A stretch of DNA of 64,000 nt from Halodesulfurarchaeum sp. (GTDB taxonomy: Archaea > Halobacteriota > Halobacteria > Halobacteriales > Halobacteriaceae): contig JAXHNL010000002.1 in assembly GCA_034520565.1 (NCBI GenBank), forward strand, positions 1,504,001 through 1,568,000. Reading direction: 5' to 3'. Positions 10,217 to 19,841 of the stretch are shown in pieces. Within the stretch, counting starts at the first letter, position 1; every line of letters begins with the position of its first letter. The position numbers were made by a program, and so were the translations under genes. The notes beneath the pieces are model-generated. The model did no database searches, had not been told where the DNA came from, and worked only from the letters and a program-made list of their open reading frames with translations.

Positions 10217-10521
10217 GTCCCTCGATTGTGTGGGGCTCTCGGGTTGATTGTCGTCCAGCCACTCCGCTCTAGCTGGGTGGCCGTCCCGGAGTTGCCGGCC
10301 GAATGAGTGAATTGCGCCATTGCGATGCGTGTCCGTGCCACACCCTAAGTATCGTGTGCTATTAAGTTTCGGGGCCGACGCATTCACGGTGTCGGTCTGT
10401 CGGGACACTCACAGCAATCCGCCGGCTATTCGAGTTGCCGAACCGGTGCGGCTAGCTTTACGGGTTGTCGAATTGGCACTCGTTTCGCGAGAAATCGATA
10501 GTCGTTTCGAGTGGATTGGGG

Positions 10522-10926
10522 TTACGAGGGGGTCGGCTCTTCGACTTCCGAGAGGTACGCCGTGAGGTCGGTTTTGGTAATGATTCCGATGACGATCCCG
10601 TCCTCGTCGGTCACGGGAAGGTGTGAGATGTTCTCCTCGATCATCTTGTCTGCGGCGACCTGGATGTGATCCTGGGCACCGACCGTGATCACGTCGGTGG
10701 TCATGTACCGCTCGACCGTCGTCTTTGCCTTCGGTTTGCTCTCCGCGACGATGCGGATGAAGTCGGTGTTCGTGAGGATACCCTGCAGCCCGCCCTCGGA
10801 ATCCGTGACGACGATCGACCCAATCTGGTTGTCCAAGAGCGTATGTGCCGCGTCTTCGACGAACGTGTCGGGGTCTGCAGTGATCAGGTCCGCGGTCATG
10901 AGTCGTGCGACGAAAATATCTTCCAT
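10522..10926 (-). CDS. CBS domain pair protein
   Basis: Two CBS repeats (GSIVVTD..GILTNTD; SHLPVTD..GIITKTD). Confidence 0.9.
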   Translation of the reverse strand: MEDIFVARLMTADLITADPDTFVEDAAHTLLDNQIGSIVVTDSEGGLQGILTNTDFIRIVAESKPKAKTTVERYMTTDVITVGAQDHIQVAADKMIEENISHLPVTDEDGIVIGIITKTDLTAYLSEVEEPTPS

Positions 10927-11117
10927 GCAATTACCTAACACGTCGTGGTGGCATTACCTTTTTTGGTCCCGGCATCGGTCGGGCGAATCGAAACCGACGC
11001 CATTTGGGGATTTCACCCGATACGAGTCGAAGATATCCGCACGTTTCGGCCCGGTGGAAGTACTCGTGCGACCGCAGATCGTCTCGGAACCGAATCGGTA
11101 CGTGGACAGCGGTGAAA

Positions 11118-11124
11118 TTATATA
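11118..11124 (+). promoter_or_regulatory. Putative TATA box of cold-shock gene
   Basis: TTATATA preceded by purine-rich BRE-like GAAA, about 30 bp upstream of ATG 11155 (leaderless-type spacing). Confidence 0.6.
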
Positions 11125-11154
11125 CCAGGCCACCCAGATAGGAAGTGGAGACAA

Positions 11155-11349
11155 ATGGCAACCGGTACGGTCGCATTCTTCAACGAGCGGAAAGGGTACG
11201 GCTTCATCGAGAGCGACGAGTCCGAAGAGGACGTGTTCTTCCACATGGAAGACGTCGGCGGGCCCGATCTGGAGGAGGGCCAGGAAGTCGAATTCGAGAT
11301 CGAACAGGCAGACAAGGGTCCACGAGCGACGAACCTCACGCGGTTGTAG
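11155..11349 (+). CDS. cspA: Cold shock protein
   Basis: KGYGFI (RNP1), DVFFH (RNP2), KGPRA. Confidence 0.95.
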   Translation: MATGTVAFFNERKGYGFIESDESEEDVFFHMEDVGGPDLEEGQEVEFEIEQADKGPRATNLTRL

Positions 11350-11558
11350 CCGAAGCCGCTCGTTGAGCGGTTTCTCCGACGGGGCGTTGCCCCGGACCTT
11401 CGAAACATCCCCCAGCGACGCCCCCAGGCTGCCGTATACGGTCGGCTCGTCGATTCCAGGACGTCGAGGTGGGCTGCAAAAGGCCTAAGAGCGCGAACAG
11501 CATTCGTTTAGCCAACAATGACGAACGACAACCAAGCCACGGATAGGGGGGCGGTACC

Positions 11559-12254
11559 GTGGGGGTCGAGATAGCCGAATCTCCGGTCACCGAGGAGTCC
11601 TTCGAGTCGATGGCTGCCTTCGTGTACGACTATCTGGAGGCAAGCGTCGAAAACGAAGGCGACGGTGGCCGGATGCGATGGTACCCGTGGCACTCGGCGG
11701 AGTACCGGTTCAATCACATCATGAACGTGGTGGACCTGGCCTCGGATATCGCCGAAGCCGAAGGGGCAAATGTCGACGTGGTTCGAGTGGCAGCCCTGTT
11801 CCACGACATCGCGAAGTTGGAGGCCGACCAGGACGTCCACGCCGAGGAAGGCGCCAGGGTCGCTCGCGAGTACCTCGAAAGCCGTGGGCAGGTTCCACCG
11901 TCTTTCATCGATCAGGTTTGTCGGGCAATCGAAGGCCACAGCCATACGGGCGAACTCGGCGATGTCGCCCTGGAGACCCAGTGCCTGATCGAGGCTGACC
12001 TGCTGGACAAGATCGGGGCCAACGGAATCACCCTGATGCTCCTTCGAATGGGCTACGAAGCGCGGACCCACATGGACGCCGCCGAACTCGTCCAACGGGT
12101 GCTTAACCGCGGCAAAGAAGCCAAGAAGCGCGTCGAGAGCGAGACGGCGGAGTCGATCGCCCACCGACGGCTCAAACGCGTTGCCTGGTTTCGCGAATGG
12201 CTCGAGGGCGAAGTGACAGAAATGACAGTGGACGAGGAGGCGGAGCTCAAATAA
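11559..12254 (+). CDS. HD domain metal-dependent phosphohydrolase
   Basis: H..V...ALFHDIAK, HAEEGA, EADLLD motifs. Confidence 0.9.
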   Translation: MGVEIAESPVTEESFESMAAFVYDYLEASVENEGDGGRMRWYPWHSAEYRFNHIMNVVDLASDIAEAEGANVDVVRVAALFHDIAKLEADQDVHAEEGARVAREYLESRGQVPPSFIDQVCRAIEGHSHTGELGDVALETQCLIEADLLDKIGANGITLMLLRMGYEARTHMDAAELVQRVLNRGKEAKKRVESETAESIAHRRLKRVAWFREWLEGEVTEMTVDEEAELK

Positions 12255-12891
12255 TCCCGAGCGTCGTGACGGAATCCCAGAGGAAGACGATACCGAACCA
12301 GCCCAGGACGAGGGCACTCCCATAGGCGATGACTGTCCCGAACGAACTGACCGTTTTGCCGGCTCGCAGGAGGGCGGTCGGGAAGAACGTGATCCAGAGG
12401 AGGATTCCGCCGAAGAACCCGGCGATCGTCAGCAGCCCGTTCGTGGCGAGCAACGAGTATCCGAAGGCTTCGATGGTACCCGGGTCTAGCAACCCCACGC
12501 TGGCGGTCAGCCACCACGTGATCTGGTAGGGATTCGTGATTGCGAGCGCGAAGGCCTTCCCGAAGCCGGCGCGGTCCGATCCGTTCCCGTCCTCGAAATC
12601 ACCACTTCCGATCGCTGCTCCATAGGCGAAGTAGAACATCAGGAGCCCGCCGATTCCCACCATGACGCCGCGCAGCGTCGGCGCGTCACGAATGAAGGCG
12701 ACGACCCCGGCTGCGGCAAGCAGAAAGAAGAGCGCGTCTGCACTCATCGCGCCGAGTCCGGCCGAAAAGCCTGCACGCCAGCCCCGGTTGACGCTCTCTT
12801 CGGCGATCACGGCGTTCATCGGTCCGGGCGGTGCGGCAAGAGAGAGCCCCAGTAAACCACCGGCGACCAGCGAAAGCAACGTGACCAGCAT
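12247..12891 (-). CDS. LysE family amino acid exporter
   Basis: LSLAAPPGPMN, GLGAMSAD, LAITNPY motifs. Confidence 0.9.
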   Translation of the reverse strand: MLVTLLSLVAGGLLGLSLAAPPGPMNAVIAEESVNRGWRAGFSAGLGAMSADALFFLLAAAGVVAFIRDAPTLRGVMVGIGGLLMFYFAYGAAIGSGDFEDGNGSDRAGFGKAFALAITNPYQITWWLTASVGLLDPGTIEAFGYSLLATNGLLTIAGFFGGILLWITFFPTALLRAGKTVSSFGTVIAYGSALVLGWFGIVFLWDSVTTLGII

Positions 12892-12935
12892 ATCTGGCGG
12901 CTATGAGAGGTGGGGAGAAAAGACCAACGGGCTCG

Positions 12936-14108
12936 TCATCGCGGATTTGCCCCGAGATGACTTCTGAGCAAATCGGCACCACCCGTTCCGGTACTCACCG
13001 CAACGACTGAATCGGCCGATTCGAGTCGGTCACTTTCACTGAGCTTCTCGACTGCGGCCGGCCCAGCCGCCGCGTCCGGACTCAATTCGAGACCAGATTC
13101 GCGGGCGACCTCGACCCCCATCTCGAGAATGTCATCGTCGGGAACGGCGACCATGGTTCCCTTTGTCTCCTCGATGGCTTCGAGAACCCACGCTCCGCCG
13201 TCCGGATCGGCCCATTCCAGTTCCCCACAGACGGTATCGGGAACCGCAACTGGTCGAATCGAGTCGCCGCTCCGGTGTGCATTCACTATCGGCGCACAGC
13301 CGGACGGTTGGACACCGACGAGTCTTGGGAGCTTCTGCAGAATTCCATGCGCCTCGAGAGTACACAGTCCCTCGTAAATCCCGACCAACGTGACGCCGCT
13401 TCCGGTCGGGACCACGATCACGTCCGGAGGCGTCGGGAGTTGGGCCACGATTTCGAAGGCAATCGTCGTCGCACCGAGGTATCTGAACGGGGTTTCGAAA
13501 GCCCCGATCGGGTGCCCAATATCTCCCTGTTTCCGCGCCGTCGCCAGTTCAGCCTGCACATCGCCGAGCCGCCCCTGAACGACAGTCAGGTCGATTCCGT
13601 GTACGTTGCACATCGCCTTCGTCTCGAACGGGGCTCGAGCGGGGACGTATACCGAACCATCGAGTCCAGCTCGTGCCGCGTACGCCGCGAACGACTGCCC
13701 AGCGGCTCCCGGGGCGGCCAGCGAGGCCTTTTCGACTCCTCGGCGACTGATTGCTGTGACCGTCAGCGCCAGTTCCCGATCGGCGACCGAACCCGTGGGG
13801 TTTTGCCCCTCGTCCTTGATCCAAAGCTGGTCAATGCCGAACTCCTCGGCCAGATCTGGGCTCGAAACGAGCGGGGTTCCACCTTCGCCCATCGAAACCG
13901 TATCCGGTCCGCCGAAAGGCAGCAGTCTTTCGAAGTCCCACATCGAGGTTGGCGGTTGGTCGAAGCGATTCGACGGTGGGCCGTCTTCCGGGCGGGAGGC
14001 CTGCAAAACAGCTCCACACTCCGGGCAGCGTCCGGGCAGCGAGTCCATCCCGGGTGACGCGCCGCAAGATCGACAGTCGAACCGCCCGTCCGAGTTCTCG
14101 GACTCCAT
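12936..14108 (-). CDS. Threonine synthase-like fold-type II protein lacking the PLP-binding lysine
   Basis: CxxC..CPxC N-terminus, GEGGTPL, KDEGQNPTGSVADR (canonical SFKDR), PTGSG, VQPSGCAPI. Confidence 0.8.
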   Translation of the reverse strand: MESENSDGRFDCRSCGASPGMDSLPGRCPECGAVLQASRPEDGPPSNRFDQPPTSMWDFERLLPFGGPDTVSMGEGGTPLVSSPDLAEEFGIDQLWIKDEGQNPTGSVADRELALTVTAISRRGVEKASLAAPGAAGQSFAAYAARAGLDGSVYVPARAPFETKAMCNVHGIDLTVVQGRLGDVQAELATARKQGDIGHPIGAFETPFRYLGATTIAFEIVAQLPTPPDVIVVPTGSGVTLVGIYEGLCTLEAHGILQKLPRLVGVQPSGCAPIVNAHRSGDSIRPVAVPDTVCGELEWADPDGGAWVLEAIEETKGTMVAVPDDDILEMGVEVARESGLELSPDAAAGPAAVEKLSESDRLESADSVVAVSTGTGGADLLRSHLGANPR

Positions 14109-14219
14109 AGGAGAACTGGACCGGGGACGCCTATGAAACGTTGGGCTCCGGGCCGAGCCAGTATCGACGCGTCCGATCGCCCCTCGAATTGAAAGCACTG
14201 GCACGAGTTGGGCACCCAT

Positions 14220-15557
14220 ATGACACACCGGACGGTCATTATGGGAGCGGCGGGACGGGATTTTCACGACTTCAACGTTTGCTTTCGCGGTGATCCGGAC
14301 CGCGAGGTGGTTGCGTTCACGCGGGCCGATTCGCAAAACGTCGGCGAACTCGAGAACGGACCCGAACGCGTGTATCCCGCTTCGCTCGCTGGTGAGGGGT
14401 ATCCCGACGGAATCCCGATCTATCCCGAGACCGAACTCGAGTCACTCATTCGGGACTTTGACGTCGACGACGTCGTCTTCTCCTATTCGGACGTGTCCCA
14501 CGAACACGTCATGCAACGGGCGTCGAGAGCGATCGCCGCGGGCGCGAACTTCCGGATCATCGGGACCGAAATGATGCTCGAAGCGAACGTCCCGGTCGTG
14601 GCCGTCGATGCGGTTCGGACGGGGTGTGGCAAGTCCGGCGTGTCCCGCAGACTCGCCGACATTTTGAGCGAGTTCGCGCAGGTCGCGGTCGTTCGAGAAC
14701 CCATGCCATATGGCGAATTATCGTCGACCGTCAGGCGGTTCGATTCGATCGATGCACTCGACGAGGCCGACGTGACGATCGAAGAGCGGGAGGAGTACGA
14801 GCACCACATCACGGCCGGACATGCGGTCTATTCGGGCGTCGATTACGAGGCTGTCCTCGAGCGCGCGGAAGCGGACGCCGAGGTCATCCTCTGGGACGGT
14901 GGCAACAACGAACTCCCGTTTTTCGTCCCCGACCTCCACGTGGTTCTCGCCGATCCGCTACGGGCCGGCCACGAAATTCGGTATCACCCGGGCGAAACCA
15001 ACCTCCTCCTGGCCGATTACGTCCTCATCAACAAGGAAAACTCGGCGAGTGAAGGGGCGATTCGGGAGGTCGTCTCGAACGTTCGCGATCGGAATCCCGA
15101 TGCGGGTATCATTCACGCGGATTCGGTTATCGCGGTCACCGAACCCGACCGGATCGCCGGAAAGCGAGTCCTCGCCGTCGAAGACGGTCCCACGGTTACC
15201 CATGGTGGTGCCAGTGAAGGGGCCGCGGCGATCGCTGCGCGCACGTACGATGCCGACGAGATCGTGGATCCGCGGCCAGGGGCAGTCGGATCGATTCGGC
15301 GGACCTTCGAATCGTATCCACACCTCGGTCGCGTGCTCCCCGCAATGGGCTATTCGCCCTCGCAACTCGCCGACCTCGAGGAAACGATCGCCGCTGCAGA
15401 CGTGGATCTGGTGCTTTCTGGCACTCCCATTGACCTCGGGCGGATCGTCGACGTCGACGTCCCGATTCTCGACGTCACCTACGAGGTCGAGGAGCGAGGA
15501 CATCCGACCTTGCGATCCATCGTCGAGGCACACGCGACGGAACTTGGACTCGAGTGA
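14220..15557 (+). CDS. P-loop NTPase of the cyclic 2,3-diphosphoglycerate synthetase-like / arginine synthetase (ArcE) family
   Basis: MGAAGRDFHDFN, RTGCGKS P-loop, REPMPYG, EEREEYE, WDGGNNE, VEDGPTVTHGG, LPAMGY motifs; adjacent to OTCase. Confidence 0.8.
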   Translation: MTHRTVIMGAAGRDFHDFNVCFRGDPDREVVAFTRADSQNVGELENGPERVYPASLAGEGYPDGIPIYPETELESLIRDFDVDDVVFSYSDVSHEHVMQRASRAIAAGANFRIIGTEMMLEANVPVVAVDAVRTGCGKSGVSRRLADILSEFAQVAVVREPMPYGELSSTVRRFDSIDALDEADVTIEEREEYEHHITAGHAVYSGVDYEAVLERAEADAEVILWDGGNNELPFFVPDLHVVLADPLRAGHEIRYHPGETNLLLADYVLINKENSASEGAIREVVSNVRDRNPDAGIIHADSVIAVTEPDRIAGKRVLAVEDGPTVTHGGASEGAAAIAARTYDADEIVDPRPGAVGSIRRTFESYPHLGRVLPAMGYSPSQLADLEETIAAADVDLVLSGTPIDLGRIVDVDVPILDVTYEVEERGHPTLRSIVEAHATELGLE

Positions 15558-15590
15558 GCCACCGGGGGTTTGGCTCAGTCGATCAAGCCT

Positions 15591-16469
15591 TCAGGTGTCG
15601 AAAAGCGTGTGAAGGATCGCTTTCTGAACGTGTTTGCGGTTTTCGGCCTGGTCGTAGACGATGGAGTTCTCGCCGTCCATCACGGCCGCACTCACCTCCT
15701 CTCCGCGATGGGCCGGGAGACAGTGCATGAACGCAGCGTCGTCGCTTTCGGCCAGCAACTCGGTTGTGACTTGGAACCCATCGAAGGCGGCCCGTTTGGC
15801 CTCGTCGTCGCCCATACTCACGAAGACATCGGTGTAGACAGCTTTGGCACCGGTGACCGCTTCGGCCGGATCGTTCGTGACGATCACGTTGGCGTCAGCC
15901 ACGCGTTCCCGAATCTCCTCGTCGGGTTCGTAGCCCGGCGGGGTCGCAATGCGACAGGGGATGTCGAGTGTCGCACAGAGTTGCATCAATGAGTTCGCGA
16001 CGTTGTTCCCGTCCCCGACGTACGCGAGCGGTCCGTCGTCGAGTCCGTTCTCCCGGAGCGTATAGCCATCCGCGAGCGCCTGACAGGGGTGAAGCTTGTC
16101 CGTGAGGCCGTTGATCACCGGAACGTCAGCACCCTCGGCCAGTTCGAGAAGCGTCTCGTGCTCGAAGAGACGGGCCATGATACCACCGGCATAGCGGGAG
16201 AGTACAGCCGCCGTGTCTTTGAGCGACTCACCTCTCGAGATTTGGGAGTGCTCTTTCGAAAAGTGAATCGCGTGCCCGCCGAGTTCCGTCATTCCCGCTT
16301 CGAAGGAGATGCGGGTCCGGGTCGATGGCTTGGCAAAGAGCATCACGAGGCTCTCGTTCTCGAGTGACTCGCCGAACTCGTGAGGGTCGGACTTCATCCG
16401 GTCCGTCAATTCGTACAACTCCTCGATGGTGGCTTTTTCGAGGTCGTCGATGTCGAGCAGGTGGTTCAT
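15591..16469 (-). CDS. argF: Ornithine carbamoyltransferase
   Basis: STRT, HPCQ, DVFVSMG, HCLP motifs. Confidence 0.95.
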   Translation of the reverse strand: MNHLLDIDDLEKATIEELYELTDRMKSDPHEFGESLENESLVMLFAKPSTRTRISFEAGMTELGGHAIHFSKEHSQISRGESLKDTAAVLSRYAGGIMARLFEHETLLELAEGADVPVINGLTDKLHPCQALADGYTLRENGLDDGPLAYVGDGNNVANSLMQLCATLDIPCRIATPPGYEPDEEIRERVADANVIVTNDPAEAVTGAKAVYTDVFVSMGDDEAKRAAFDGFQVTTELLAESDDAAFMHCLPAHRGEEVSAAVMDGENSIVYDQAENRKHVQKAILHTLFDT

Positions 16470-16628
16470 GTCGAATGACCTCCATGGCGACTGCGAGGGT
16501 CAGTTGCCGGAACAGTCGGGTCCATGACCCACGATAACTCCCGAACGATAAAAGCTCACAGGGAATCGGGCCGATGTCGCATATCGAAACCACAACTGCC
16601 TTTATCCGCCGGTCGCCGAGGGAGTACC

Positions 16629-17423
16629 ATGACGGATACATCGACGCGGTTCGACCGGCGGAATTTCTTGAAAGCGACAGGGGCAGTCGGTGCTGTCGCC
16701 CTCACGGGTACGGCTGGCTGTCTCGGAGGCGGCGATGATTCGGACATGTCGATCGTCGCGGGAACGGCTCCGGGTTTTCCCCCGTTCGAAATGAAGGACG
16801 GCGAAACGCTGGAGGGGTTCGACATCGACCTCCTCGAAGCCGTCGTGGCCGAGACCGAGTACGAGCTGACGGAGTGGGCGGAGTTCGGGTTCGATTCGCT
16901 CTCCCCGGCGCTTCAGAACGGAAAGATCGACGTGATCGCCGCCGCGATGACGATCAACGACGAACGGGACGAGACCATCGATTTCACGGACCCCTATTAC
17001 GACGCGAACCAGGCTGTCCTCGTGGCGAGCGACCGGGACTTCGCTCCCGGATCGATGAACGACCTCGAGGGACGGACGATCGGCGCCCAGAAGGGAACGA
17101 CCGGGGAGAGCGTCGTCGAATCGGACCTTATCGAGGCGGGAATCGTCGCCGAAGGTGATTACAACAGCTACGGAAACTACGTTCTCGCCGTCGAGGACCT
17201 CGTGAACGGAAACGTTGACGCCGTGGTCCTCGATACCCCCGTGGCGGATTCCTTCGTCGCCGAGCGTGCAGTCGAGATCGCGTTCACCAAGGAAACCGGT
17301 GAACAGTACGGCTTCGGGGTTCGCGACGGTGCGGCGGATCTCCAATCCGCCCTCAACGACGGACTTGCGACAGTCAAGGAGAACGGAACCTACGACGACA
17401 TCGTCTCGACCTGGTTCAAGTAA
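16629..17423 (+). CDS. Polar amino acid ABC transporter substrate-binding lipoprotein
   Basis: RRNFLK Tat signal, TAGC lipobox, FPPFE, GFDIDL, MTINDER, DFTDPYY. Confidence 0.93.
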   Translation: MTDTSTRFDRRNFLKATGAVGAVALTGTAGCLGGGDDSDMSIVAGTAPGFPPFEMKDGETLEGFDIDLLEAVVAETEYELTEWAEFGFDSLSPALQNGKIDVIAAAMTINDERDETIDFTDPYYDANQAVLVASDRDFAPGSMNDLEGRTIGAQKGTTGESVVESDLIEAGIVAEGDYNSYGNYVLAVEDLVNGNVDAVVLDTPVADSFVAERAVEIAFTKETGEQYGFGVRDGAADLQSALNDGLATVKENGTYDDIVSTWFK

Positions 17424-17431
17424 GGAAGACG

Positions 17432-18124
17432 ATGTCGGGTTCCATTTGGGGCGCATTGCTCTTGCAAACGGGGGACTGGCATTTCGTCCTCCAGAACCTG
17501 GACTATCTTGCCGGGGGGCTCGCCCTCACGATCGAACTGACGATCGTGGGTATTCTGCTCGGATTCCTCACCGGGTTCCCTGCCGGCATCGTCGAAGTGT
17601 ACGGAACCCAGTGGCTTCGCAAGCCAGTTCGCATCGTCGGAACTGTGCTACGAGGGACGCCGCTCGTCGTGATCCTCATATTCGCCTACTTCGTCTTCCC
17701 CATCGGAAGCGCGTTCCTCGCCGCGGTCCTCGGACTCGGGCTCCGGAGCGGGGCCTACCAAAGCCAGATTTTCAGGGGCGCGCTCGGCTCGATCGACGAG
17801 GGTCAGATGGAAGCCGCCAGGTCGATCGGAATGAGCCGATTCGAGGCGATTCGGCACGTCATCGTGCCACAGGCACTTCGGCGGTCGATGCCGGGATTTC
17901 AAAACGAGTTCACGATCGTCCTCAAGGACACGTCCCTCGCCATCGCCATCGGCTTTGCCGAACTGCTCACCCGGACACAATACCTCTTCATCCAACAGAC
18001 GACGGCCGTCCTCGAACTGATCTTGTTCGTGAGTGCGATCTACTTCGTTTTGACCTTCGCGACGAATCGGGCTCTCGACAGGCTCGAATCGAAGTTTGCC
18101 ATCCCGGACGGTGATTCATCATGA
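17432..18124 (+). CDS. Polar amino acid ABC transporter permease
   Basis: LRGTP, GQMEAARSIG (EAA), LKDTSL. Confidence 0.93.
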   Translation: MSGSIWGALLLQTGDWHFVLQNLDYLAGGLALTIELTIVGILLGFLTGFPAGIVEVYGTQWLRKPVRIVGTVLRGTPLVVILIFAYFVFPIGSAFLAAVLGLGLRSGAYQSQIFRGALGSIDEGQMEAARSIGMSRFEAIRHVIVPQALRRSMPGFQNEFTIVLKDTSLAIAIGFAELLTRTQYLFIQQTTAVLELILFVSAIYFVLTFATNRALDRLESKFAIPDGDSS

Positions 18125-18879
18125 GTGGCCCACTCCTACGGATCGACCATCTCAAGAAAAGTTACGGCGACGAGGACGTGTTGCACGATATCTCCTTCGA
18201 AATGGAGGAAGGGGACACGTACGTCCTGATCGGACCGAGTGGTAGCGGCAAGTCGACGCTCCTCCGGTGTGTCAATCGACTCACCGAACCGGACGCCGGC
18301 GACATCTATCTCGATGGCGTTCTCACCAGCGATCCGGCCTACGACGTCGACGAACTCCGTCGGCAGGTCGGGATGGTGTTCCAGGATATCAACCTGTTCG
18401 CCCACCTTACCGCCCTGGAGAACGTGACACTCGGTCTCGAGGAGGTCGTCGGGATGGATGCCGAGAGCGCGGAGGCCCGGGCGCTGGCCGAACTCGAACA
18501 GGTCGGTCTGTCCGATCAAGCCGACTCCTATCCGGCTGAACTCTCCGGCGGGCAGCAACAGCGAGTCGGAATCGCCCGCGCGCTGGCGATGGACCCGAAA
18601 CTGGTCCTCTTTGACGAACCGACGAGTTCACTCGATCCGGAACTCACGGGGGAGGTCGTCGAAGTCATGCGGGAACTCGCCCGGGAAGGGATGACGATGC
18701 TCGTGGTCACCCACGAGATGGGATTTGCACGCACGGCTGCGACACGGATGCTCTTCCTCGAGGACGGCAGACTGGTCGAACAGGGGCCACCCGAACAGCT
18801 CTTCGACGATCCTCATACCGACCGAACGGGGGAATTCCTCAAGCGGATCACGGAAGCCGAATCGACGGGGTCGCGCTGA
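18121..18879 (+). CDS. Polar amino acid ABC transporter ATPase
   Basis: GPSGSGKST, LSGGQQQR, FDEPTSSLDPE, VTHEM. Confidence 0.95.
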   Translation: MSGPLLRIDHLKKSYGDEDVLHDISFEMEEGDTYVLIGPSGSGKSTLLRCVNRLTEPDAGDIYLDGVLTSDPAYDVDELRRQVGMVFQDINLFAHLTALENVTLGLEEVVGMDAESAEARALAELEQVGLSDQADSYPAELSGGQQQRVGIARALAMDPKLVLFDEPTSSLDPELTGEVVEVMRELAREGMTMLVVTHEMGFARTAATRMLFLEDGRLVEQGPPEQLFDDPHTDRTGEFLKRITEAESTGSR

Positions 18880-18880
18880 A

Positions 18881-19780
18881 ATGGCAAGCGCCCAAGAGGA
18901 CTTCAGGACGCCGGGAATCGAGGTCTCCATCAGGGGTGGGATCGCTCTCGTCCCCTATGCCGTATTCTGGGGCTGGCTTCTCTCCCGGTGGCTGAACGAC
19001 TTCGTCTTGCCAGCGGGTGTCGGGGTGGAACCTGGGACGCCATACCTCGATCCCGCGATGTTCGAGCCGATTTCGGAATCGCTGGCATTCGCCATCACGT
19101 ATCTCCCGGAACTCGCCGCCGGCGCGTGGGCCACGCTGGTCATCACGCTTGCCTCGATCACGTTTGGATTCATCATCGCCGTGCCGGTGAGCGTTGCGCG
19201 AGTCTACGGACGATACACCGCGTGGGTGTCGCTGGTCTTTACCGAACTGATCAGGGGGACGCCACTGCTGGCACAACTGTTTGTCCTCTACTACGGCCTC
19301 CAGCTTTCCTCCTGGATCCGTGAACTTCCGCTGGTTGGCGAAGGGATCCTTCCGGGGCAGGCCTTCCTGATCGCCATCATCGGTTTCACGATCAACAGTG
19401 CGGCCTACCAGGCCGAATACATCCGCTCTGCGCTGTTGTCCGTCGACCGTGGCCAGTTACAGGCCGGGCGAGCCATCGGCCTCTCGCGGCTCGGCGCGAT
19501 TCGACACGTGGTCCTTCCACAGGCGCTCCGATTTGCGATCCCGGGATGGTCGAACGAGCTCGTCTATTTGATCAAGTACTCCTCCCTTGCGGCGTTTATC
19601 ACCGTCCCCGAGCTCTTCGAGATCGGGCGCCAAATCGCCTCCAGCAACCTCCAGCATACGGCGGTCTTCACGCTCGTCGCACTTTTTTACCTCGCGATCG
19701 TCATTACGGCCTCGAACGTCATGGGGGCGGTCGAACGGCGCGTTCGTCTCCCCGGGTTGGGTGGTGGAACGAACCGCTAA
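18881..19780 (+). CDS. Polar amino acid ABC transporter permease
   Basis: IRGTPLLAQ, SAAYQAEYIR, IKYSSL; start reassigned to ATG 18881. Confidence 0.93.
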   Translation: MASAQEDFRTPGIEVSIRGGIALVPYAVFWGWLLSRWLNDFVLPAGVGVEPGTPYLDPAMFEPISESLAFAITYLPELAAGAWATLVITLASITFGFIIAVPVSVARVYGRYTAWVSLVFTELIRGTPLLAQLFVLYYGLQLSSWIRELPLVGEGILPGQAFLIAIIGFTINSAAYQAEYIRSALLSVDRGQLQAGRAIGLSRLGAIRHVVLPQALRFAIPGWSNELVYLIKYSSLAAFITVPELFEIGRQIASSNLQHTAVFTLVALFYLAIVITASNVMGAVERRVRLPGLGGGTNR

Positions 19781-19841
19781 TCCCGCGTCGGGATTGCGAT
19801 GACCCATATTGTTTTGCGAACGCCGCGCGAAATGTGCGCTT

